DNA from: a virus
Taxonomy: Duplodnaviria > Caudoviricetes
DNA: 53,138 nucleotides
IMG/VR virus record: IMGVR_UViG_3300032753_000038
Location: 1 to 53,138 of that record
Reading direction: 5' to 3' (one strand)
In this document: positions 46,998 through 53,138 of the stretch, piece by piece
How positions within the stretch are numbered: the first letter of the stretch is position 1
Layout: the number at the start of each line of letters is the position of its first letter
The notes under the pieces: model-generated
Databases searched by the model: none
The model's input: the letters and a program-made list of their open reading frames with translations, nothing else
What the model was told of the DNA's origin: nothing
Position numbers and translations under genes: made by a program

Positions 46998-47492
46998 ATG
47001 ATCAGAGCTATATTTGCAGTTGACCGCAATGGCGGCCTTGGGAAATCAAATGGCTTACCTTGGCCTCATGATAAAGAAGATATGCTGTGGTTTAAGAAAC
47101 ACACAAACCATCAAATTGTAGTTATGGGCAGTGCTACATGGAACAGCAGCATGCCTACACCATTACCAAATCGAGTAAATGTAGTAGTAAGTCGCAATGG
47201 CATTGAAAATTTCAAAGGTGCAACAGCAGTTATCCATCCAGACAATTTAGCAGCTGAACTAAAATATATTGAACATCTTTATACTGATAAGGATATATGG
47301 ATTATTGGTGGTGCAAAACTATTAGAATTGTCAAAACCGGTTATTAGGGAAGCATACGTTACACATTTCCATAATGAATATGATTGCGACACTTTTATAG
47401 ATCTTCCCAATTGGTTACAAGGTACAAATATACAAGAAGAGTCATACGGTAGAAACAAAACATTTAGGGTGTATATATGGAATCATATTTGA
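46998..47492 (+). CDS. frd: Dihydrofolate reductase
   Basis: IFAVDRNGGLG..NGLPW, EDM.WFK, VVMGSATW.S, PLPNRVNVVVSR, IIGGA and CDT. Confidence 0.95.
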   Translation: MIRAIFAVDRNGGLGKSNGLPWPHDKEDMLWFKKHTNHQIVVMGSATWNSSMPTPLPNRVNVVVSRNGIENFKGATAVIHPDNLAAELKYIEHLYTDKDIWIIGGAKLLELSKPVIREAYVTHFHNEYDCDTFIDLPNWLQGTNIQEESYGRNKTFRVYIWNHI

Positions 47493-48340
47493 ATTTATTG
47501 AGAAAAATAATTGCGTATGGAACAAATAGTTCTGATCGAACAGGCGTTGGTACTAGAAGCTTATTTGCAGAACAGTTGAGATTTGATCTTACAGCAGGGT
47601 TCCCTGCTGTAACTACCAAGAGATTAGCATGGAAGCCAGTTGTTGCTGAATTATTATGGTTCATAGAAGGGTCAGGTGACGAGCGACGTTTAGCAGAGAT
47701 ATTGCACGGCACTAGAGACACAAACAAGACCACTATATGGACTGCTAATGCAAATGCAGATTATTGGAAGCCTAATGCTGCATTTGATGGCGATCTAGGA
47801 AGGGTGTATGGTGTTCAATGGCGAAATTGGAGAACACCTACATTTGACGGCACTGCCAGTTACAAATCAACAGATCAGTTGTTATCATTAATAGAAAACA
47901 TCAAGTTGTATCCAAATGGACGCCGACATATTATAACTGCATGGAATCCGGGTGAGCTTGATCAAATGGCGCTTCCGCCCTGCCACATGCTAGCACAATT
48001 TTATGTGCGTAATGGAGAGCTAAGTTGCCAAATGTATCAGCGCAGCGCGGATGCCTTTTTGGGCGTTCCGTTTAATATTGCATCATATGCATTGTTTACT
48101 CACATGATAGCACAAGTATGCAATCTAACAGCTAAGGAATTGATACTAACTATAGGCGATGCTCATATATACACATCTCATATGAATGCAGTTGAAGAAC
48201 AGCTATCACGAGAACCAAAAGCGTTGCCAGTATTATGGTTAAATCCTGATGTGAAAGATATTACTAAATTTTGTATAGATGATTGCAAGTTAATAGATTA
48301 TGACCCGCATCCTACTATCAAAGCTGAGATGGCTGTATAG
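47477..48340 (+). CDS. td: Thymidylate synthase (ThyA type)
   Basis: DRTGVGT, ELLWFI.G, YGVQWR, MALPPCH, YQRSAD, LGVPFNIASY and GDAHIY. Uninterrupted. Confidence 0.97.
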   Translation: MESYLNLLRKIIAYGTNSSDRTGVGTRSLFAEQLRFDLTAGFPAVTTKRLAWKPVVAELLWFIEGSGDERRLAEILHGTRDTNKTTIWTANANADYWKPNAAFDGDLGRVYGVQWRNWRTPTFDGTASYKSTDQLLSLIENIKLYPNGRRHIITAWNPGELDQMALPPCHMLAQFYVRNGELSCQMYQRSADAFLGVPFNIASYALFTHMIAQVCNLTAKELILTIGDAHIYTSHMNAVEEQLSREPKALPVLWLNPDVKDITKFCIDDCKLIDYDPHPTIKAEMAV

Positions 48341-48347
48341 TCAAGAA

Positions 48348-48374
48348 AATAGGTTGGGTTAGACCCAACCTATT
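48348..48374. terminator. Bidirectional intrinsic terminator between convergent genes
   Basis: 12-bp inverted repeat AATAGGTTGGGT/ACCCAACCTATT with an A-rich left flank and a T-rich right flank. Confidence 0.8.
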
Positions 48375-48381
48375 GTTGTTT

Positions 48382-49074
48382 TTATGCCTTAACTTTGGTC
48401 TTTACGGCAGGCTTGCTTGCAGTCTTAGCAGCAGTTTTAGCCTTAGCTTCGGCCTTTGTTACGACCTTGGTCTCTTCAACTACTCGCTTCTTGTTTAAGC
48501 TAGGATCAAGTCGATATGCTTGCTGTCGCTTGGCCATAGCATCAGATTCTAGCATCTCAGCCATGCGCAACAATCCCATAGCTTCTTCTTTCTGCCCAGA
48601 TGCAGTGGTGCCTTCCATGTTGGCTGCATGCATGTTGAACTTGCCCATTTCAGATAGTACCTGAGCGCGAGTCTCGGGATCTAGATCATCGAAGTCGGCA
48701 GGAGTAGTCTTTTCCTCTTCCTTCATAGCTTCTAGAACCTGCTGTAGTGGCCAGTTAAGGCCCTTGCGAGGCGTCATTGTTACTAGACTGACTGGTACTC
48801 TCTGCAAACGGCCACTCTCATGGAACTTCTGCAGTAGCGTTGTATTGCTACCATCTGGGCTCATCCTTCGAGCCAGGACATCTGCTAAATCTTTAGCATT
48901 TTGCCCGTCAACGCTTTCAACAATCTTGCGCAACGACTCGTTGAACTGGTCAGGTAATGCATCGGTATCAATAACCAATGCATGATCCGGGTCCTGAGGC
49001 AAGCTCATAAACGCTACAACCACATTCTTACCGGTATTATTGAGGATACCGGTGTGCCTCATCATCTCTGCCAT
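48382..49074 (-). CDS. Hypothetical phage protein with a Lys/Ala-rich C-terminus
   Basis: Start MAEMMRHTG at 49074 after an AGGAAG SD, avoiding overlap with the upstream gene. Confidence 0.7.
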   Translation of the reverse strand: MAEMMRHTGILNNTGKNVVVAFMSLPQDPDHALVIDTDALPDQFNESLRKIVESVDGQNAKDLADVLARRMSPDGSNTTLLQKFHESGRLQRVPVSLVTMTPRKGLNWPLQQVLEAMKEEEKTTPADFDDLDPETRAQVLSEMGKFNMHAANMEGTTASGQKEEAMGLLRMAEMLESDAMAKRQQAYRLDPSLNKKRVVEETKVVTKAEAKAKTAAKTASKPAVKTKVKA

Positions 49075-49078
49075 AGTA

Positions 49079-49330
49079 TTAGCTTCCTGTTGATGTGTCG
49101 GTTGTAGCTGTTGCATCAGCAGCCGGCTGCGGAGGTAGAGCGGCCTGTACAAACTTTGATATCTTGTTGTATAGAACGCCCACTGGCTCTAGCTCAGGAC
49201 CTCTGAATGCGCCGCGATTGCTCGCAAGGTCAAATACCACAAGAACATTCTGCAGATCAGTTAGGTTGATCACACTGTCTGCTGGATTTGGTACCTGTGG
49301 CTGTGTATTATCTACTGTGACATCACTCAT
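49079..49330 (-). CDS. Small hypothetical protein (ASNRGAF motif)
   Basis: 83 aa with a strong AAGGAG SD and an amphipathic helical core. Confidence 0.75.
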   Translation of the reverse strand: MSDVTVDNTQPQVPNPADSVINLTDLQNVLVVFDLASNRGAFRGPELEPVGVLYNKISKFVQAALPPQPAADATATTDTSTGS

Positions 49331-49334
49331 TAGA

Positions 49335-49390
49335 ATCTCCTTGTGTAGCGATTTATATTACTACATATTAATCGCCAAACACAAGGAGAT
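49335..49390 (-). promoter_or_regulatory. Long inverted repeat covering the SD of the 83-aa gene
   Basis: 12-bp arms at 49335-49346/49379-49390 plus 6-bp inner arms at 49348-49353/49370-49375. Confidence 0.7.
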
Positions 49391-49402
49391 ACAATATTAT
49401 TT

Positions 49403-49984
49403 TTAGTATTCTAGAGAATTTAGATCCGTCGACTTCGTGTTAGGAGGTCTAATCGTAATCAAATGCTCTTCCCAGCCAAGATATGGGATCCAGCTTGCAT
49501 CTGGAATCTCAATAGGCACCTTGCGTGCATTTGATAACAACGTATGATAATCCGGCTTGGCTGGTTTCACAGCGGGCTTCATCGTGGTACGATGTCCCTT
49601 GATGCTGTTGCAACTGTAGCAAGAACTTACCACGTTCTCCCACTTGGTAGTACCACCTCTAACACGAGGTACCACGTGATCAATCGTCATCTGGCTGAGA
49701 CTGAGATGATCATGGCAGTACTGACAAGTGAAATTATCCCTGAGCAACAATGTGCCGCGACTGAATCTCACAGAAGTCTTCTTCTTGAGGAACTTGCGAT
49801 TTACAATCACACTGGGAACCGAGATAGTGATACTTGGACTGTGTACTGCCCAATCGCTATAAGTTTCAAGAATATCAACTGAACCAAGATATGCCATCTT
49901 GATTGCATCCTTCCAGCCAACACTGCTGATTGGTATGCAGCTGAGCGGCGTGTAATCTGCATTTAACACTAAACAATGTCTCAT
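49403..49984 (-). CDS. HNH endonuclease (McrA-like, zinc-binding)
   Basis: CLVLNADY.PL, RDNFTCQYC and TIDHVVPRVRGG...WENVVSSCYSCNSIKG. Confidence 0.9.
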   Translation of the reverse strand: MRHCLVLNADYTPLSCIPISSVGWKDAIKMAYLGSVDILETYSDWAVHSPSITISVPSVIVNRKFLKKKTSVRFSRGTLLLRDNFTCQYCHDHLSLSQMTIDHVVPRVRGGTTKWENVVSSCYSCNSIKGHRTTMKPAVKPAKPDYHTLLSNARKVPIEIPDASWIPYLGWEEHLITIRPPNTKSTDLNSLEY

Positions 49985-50017
49985 AATTTCAACCCATTAT
50001 TACATAATATACTTGCC

Positions 50018-50046
50018 AATATATAGTCAACTACTTTAGAAGTCAA
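50018..50046 (-). promoter_or_regulatory. Sigma70-type promoter for the HNH gene
   Basis: TTGACT-17-TATATT on the minus strand. Confidence 0.5.
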
Positions 50047-50049
50047 TGA

Positions 50050-50110
50050 CATAAATATATTGTAGTCCACCGGACGGCAATCCGCGACTACTCTATGTCT
50101 TCAATGGAGA
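50050..50110 (+). promoter_or_regulatory. Late promoter (CATAAATA) followed by a structured leader
   Basis: GTAGTC/GACTAC and CGGA/TCCG stems at 50062-50091. TCTTC/GGAGA stem at 50098-50110 covers the SD. Confidence 0.6.
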
Positions 50111-50117
50111 TCACAGC

Positions 50118-50741
50118 ATGTGTATTTACTGCAAAACTGCAAATTATCGAAAAATATATGAGTTTCACTATGGACCTATTTCAACTGATGAAATGGGCAG
50201 AACATATGAGATACACCACATAGATGGAAATTGAAATAATAATGCACCTGACAATCTAATGCAGGTTAGTATGCAAGAACATTACAACATTCATTTCTCA
50301 CAAGGAGATTGGGCAGCATGTATACGTATAGCGGCCAAAATGGGGCTATCCCGCGAAATTATATCATCTGCAGCACGAACTCATCAGCTGAAAAGGATAG
50401 CAGAAGGTACTCATCCATTCTTAGACAGGGCACAATCTAAGGTATGGGCAGCGGATCGGGTATCGAGAGGCTTATGTGTTCTATCAGGAGGTGCTATACA
50501 CAGACGTAGGGTAGAAGAAGGTACTCATCCATTTTTAGGCGGAGAGATCCAACGCAAGAGCAATTCTAAACGCATTGCTGACGGATCTCATAATTTTCTT
50601 GGTAGCAAGAGTAACAATGATAGATTAACAAATGGTACTCATCCTAGTCAAAAGATGGACACTTGTGTACATTGCAATAAGACATTTAGCATATCAATGA
50701 TAAAACGTTGGCATAACGATAATTGCAAACGTAAAACATAA
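50118..50741 (+). pseudogene. HNH homing endonuclease with an in-frame TGA at 50232-50234
   Basis: MCIYCKTANYRKIYEFHYG...YEIHHIDGN*NNNAPDNLMQVSMQEHYNIH, in frame with ORF 50259-50741. C-terminal R...G(T/S)H(P/N) repeats and CVHC...WHNDNC. Confidence 0.8.
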
Positions 50742-50771
50742 TATTGCCTTATCGACATTACAAAATAACTT

Positions 50772-51998
50772 TTAAAACTCCTCAATCATTAGGCAGCTGA
50801 GCTTTCCTCCCTTGCTGCTGCCGGTGTCTAGGAAGATCGCTCGACCTCCTACACTATTAGTTACCACAAGTGGCGTTTCCTTGTTGCGCGGATCATGCCC
50901 AACTACCACAGTCTTACCTGATGCAATTTGGTCAATCCATCGATAGGTCCTGTTGGGCATACCGTCGTCTCGAACAGGCTTGTCGAGATCAACTTCGCCA
51001 AAGAACGCCATGTTACCCATCTCACCAGGAAGAGTGTGCTTGCCCCCTTGATTCCACATCTCAGGAGTAGCTGCACCGTGGGTAAAAAGGTAATCGCCCA
51101 GCACATAATGCTGCCGACTGTTGAGCGACAGACAGCGCCACTTGGCAAGGAACCTGTCCTTAAATGCAGAGTTAGCTGCAACGCTACGGTTGATTTCATC
51201 AACCGTAATAGACAGACCGGGACCAATTACACCACGGAATTCCTTGCCAAATCCAGCATCAATCCAGCGATCAAGCTTGCGCTCATGGTTACCCCAAACC
51301 ATATGAGCACGACCAGTGCGAACCCAATCGTACACAGTGTCAACCGTAGCAAGATTGTGCATGCCATAGTCAACGATATCGCCAAGGAACAGAACATGCG
51401 CACCCGTTTTGGTAGCCTCATTGAGCATCTTGTCTAGATCGTTGAGGTTACCATGGACATCGCCAATAACCATAAGAGGCTGGTTATCCTTAACCGTAAG
51501 ATGCTGTTGAGAACCAATAACTCGCAGAACCCTACCCATATCGTAACAGATCACTCTCGCAACACCGTCGCCAGCCTTGATAGCCTTGAGATTGGCGTTG
51601 AACAGATCCTCATGCTTCTCAATGAGACCGCGAACTTCGGCACGCCAACCAGCAGTCTTAAGCTTCTCAGACACAGGGCGGTTGACCACGAGGTACACAA
51701 GCTCAACAGCAAAGTGCTTGGCCATATCAATGAACGCCTTGCGATCTCGATGGCGCAGGTTGGTGGCATCAACTACCACACGCTGCCCAAACGCAAGACG
51801 GTGTCGAACCCGACGATGGACCTCGGCCCAAACGTCTTCCTGATTGGTCTGAATGCGGAAGTCGCCAAGGAGCTCCGCACGGATGTTGTCACTGCTGACG
51901 ATTTCGTGAGCAGGAAAATAACGGGCAGCCAAGGTGCTCTTGCCGCTGCCACTGGGTCCTACCATGAGGACAAGTGAGTGAAGATTGATCGTATCCAT
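50772..51998 (-). CDS. Polynucleotide kinase-phosphatase (Pnkp-type P-loop kinase fused to a metallophosphoesterase)
   Basis: GPSGSGKST, SSD.IR and VVDATNL, then GDVHG, LGDIVDYG, GNHE, THG, VVGH and LDTG. Confidence 0.88.
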   Translation of the reverse strand: MDTINLHSLVLMVGPSGSGKSTLAARYFPAHEIVSSDNIRAELLGDFRIQTNQEDVWAEVHRRVRHRLAFGQRVVVDATNLRHRDRKAFIDMAKHFAVELVYLVVNRPVSEKLKTAGWRAEVRGLIEKHEDLFNANLKAIKAGDGVARVICYDMGRVLRVIGSQQHLTVKDNQPLMVIGDVHGNLNDLDKMLNEATKTGAHVLFLGDIVDYGMHNLATVDTVYDWVRTGRAHMVWGNHERKLDRWIDAGFGKEFRGVIGPGLSITVDEINRSVAANSAFKDRFLAKWRCLSLNSRQHYVLGDYLFTHGAATPEMWNQGGKHTLPGEMGNMAFFGEVDLDKPVRDDGMPNRTYRWIDQIASGKTVVVGHDPRNKETPLVVTNSVGGRAIFLDTGSSKGGKLSCLMIEEF

Positions 51999-52038
51999 AC
52001 TCGTACAATAGCATCTGTACGTGATATGTCAACCAAAA

Positions 52039-52233
52039 TTATCCAAAAAATAGATGATAAATCTTTACAAAAGCCCCGACAATTAAACTAAAAGTTCCTG
52101 TAAATACTGCTGAACTCATAACTAGATCGTAATGATGGGACTCACAGAGCATGCCAGTTAAACCGGCTATGTAAAATGCTACAAACAATAATAGTGGAAT
52201 ACCTACTTGTCTGCAAATGGTCCTAGTCTGCAT
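52039..52233 (-). CDS. Small membrane protein with two hydrophobic segments
   Basis: 64 aa with an AGAGG SD. Minus-strand TATAAATA at 52265-52272. Confidence 0.6.
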   Translation of the reverse strand: MQTRTICRQVGIPLLLFVAFYIAGLTGMLCESHHYDLVMSSAVFTGTFSLIVGAFVKIYHLFFG

Positions 52234-52332
52234 GTTGACCTCTTGTAGCTTACATAACTGTATTTATTTATAGGTGTGGTTAACTGCGATTTAATAGCTA
52301 TATAACAATAAAATTGTATTAATAAAAACTAA

Positions 52333-52821
52333 TTAAAAATCATCCAATCTAGGCATATGTCCGTCAAATCTCAACCTAAATATAGTTTCGTCCATAGCAT
52401 CTGTAAATCTCAGATGTATGCCGTTGACATCTGAAAACAAATAATATCCGCTGTGGCAATTGGTATCACACCAGTGCTCAAGAGGACCAAAATATTCAAA
52501 GAATAGCGTTTCTCGAACTACTCTGGGATGGTTTGCCCATCTCCGCAACTCTGCACTCTTGCTTTGATCAAATAACGCTTGCCAAGATACAAACCTAGTG
52601 CTAAATTCTTGTCCACCTAATCCTGCAAGATTCTTGCATGCTCCCGGAGCATATTTGGGTAGGTCTTTATTGTGACCTAACTTGTAGATATGCTTTGCAT
52701 ATCGGCGTATGAAAAATCGCCCAAACATCAAATCAAATATGCGTAGCAGGGTCTTGGCTATGCCTATTGTAACAAGTATTGTAGCTTTAAATGTGCTAAA
52801 AACAATCGTCTTGAGTCTCAT
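52333..52821 (-). CDS. Hypothetical protein
   Basis: 162-aa ORF coupled (ATGA) to the upstream ORF. Confidence 0.6.
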   Translation of the reverse strand: MRLKTIVFSTFKATILVTIGIAKTLLRIFDLMFGRFFIRRYAKHIYKLGHNKDLPKYAPGACKNLAGLGGQEFSTRFVSWQALFDQSKSAELRRWANHPRVVRETLFFEYFGPLEHWCDTNCHSGYYLFSDVNGIHLRFTDAMDETIFRLRFDGHMPRLDDF

Positions 52822-53066
52822 AAATCACCAGTCAGCCTAATTGTCATACCAGCTTCTCGGTGTATCCATTCAATTTGTTCTATAAAAAAATTTCCATAAT
52901 TGCCAGTATGAATTGTAGTAACTTTGAAATGTTTACTCAACCATAATATCTTTTTGCTGCGCTTACAGTAACGAGGAATCCAACATCGTTCATACGACCA
53001 TGTGGGCGGTGTGTTTTCATGATGTTGTTTAAGCCATTTGAGGGCTTCGGCTTGTTTTGATGTCAT
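52818..53066 (-). CDS. Hypothetical protein
   Basis: 82-aa ORF, co-oriented with and overlapping the next gene. Confidence 0.55.
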   Translation of the reverse strand: MTSKQAEALKWLKQHHENTPPTWSYERCWIPRYCKRSKKILWLSKHFKVTTIHTGNYGNFFIEQIEWIHREAGMTIRLTGDL

Positions 53067-53138
53067 GTATCATTACTCAAGATAAACATGGTACCAACTT
53101 CTTGGTGTAACCATCCAATTTGTACAACTGAACTCACA

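Noticed and set aside
47477-48340. Intron in td, or a dCMP/dUMP hydroxymethylase instead of ThyA
   Set aside because: The frame is continuous, it retains the dUMP-specifying Asn (PFNIASY), and it is paired with DHFR, which fits a canonical ThyA.
50232-50234. Genome-wide stop-codon reassignment or selenocysteine
   Set aside because: Many clear genes end in TGA or TAG at sensible positions and long genes are uninterrupted in the standard code. This is the only in-frame stop noticed, and it is not at a Cys-type position.
50870-51977. Several long overlapping ORFs over the Pnkp gene
   Set aside because: They are expected from the higher GC and codon bias of the real gene, and show no recognisable motifs.
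1-53138. tRNA, rRNA or CRISPR arrays
   Set aside because: No cloverleaf with T-loop and D-loop consensus, rRNA-like segment or regularly spaced repeat was seen by eye. A tRNAscan/CRISPR search would be needed to exclude them formally.

Overview
The window is a segment of a large, AT-rich T4-like (myovirus, probably jumbo) phage genome. Left to right it holds: a partial tape-measure gene; gp26/gp51-like hub assembly genes; a ~570-nt structured non-coding region; a 271-aa protein resembling the WED/REC half of TnpB/Cas12 with no RuvC domain; an Hjc-type resolvase; the gp46/gp47 (Rad50/Mre11-like) nuclease pair; a free-standing homing-endonuclease-like gene; and a gp55-type late sigma factor interrupted by a 333-aa LAGLIDADG intein. 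A baseplate/tail module follows (tube initiator, gp53, hub, gp5-lysozyme, gp25, gp6, a ~3700-aa wedge protein, fibres). After it come a cluster of six glycosyltransferase-like genes with a methyltransferase and two radical SAM enzymes, then DHFR, thymidylate synthase, two HNH genes (one with an in-frame TGA) and a Pnkp-type kinase-phosphatase. The best candidate for an undescribed system is the RuvC-less TnpB-like gene together with its downstream hairpin and large structured RNA (about 3690-6064). All family assignments come from reading motifs by eye; no database search or folding computation was run.
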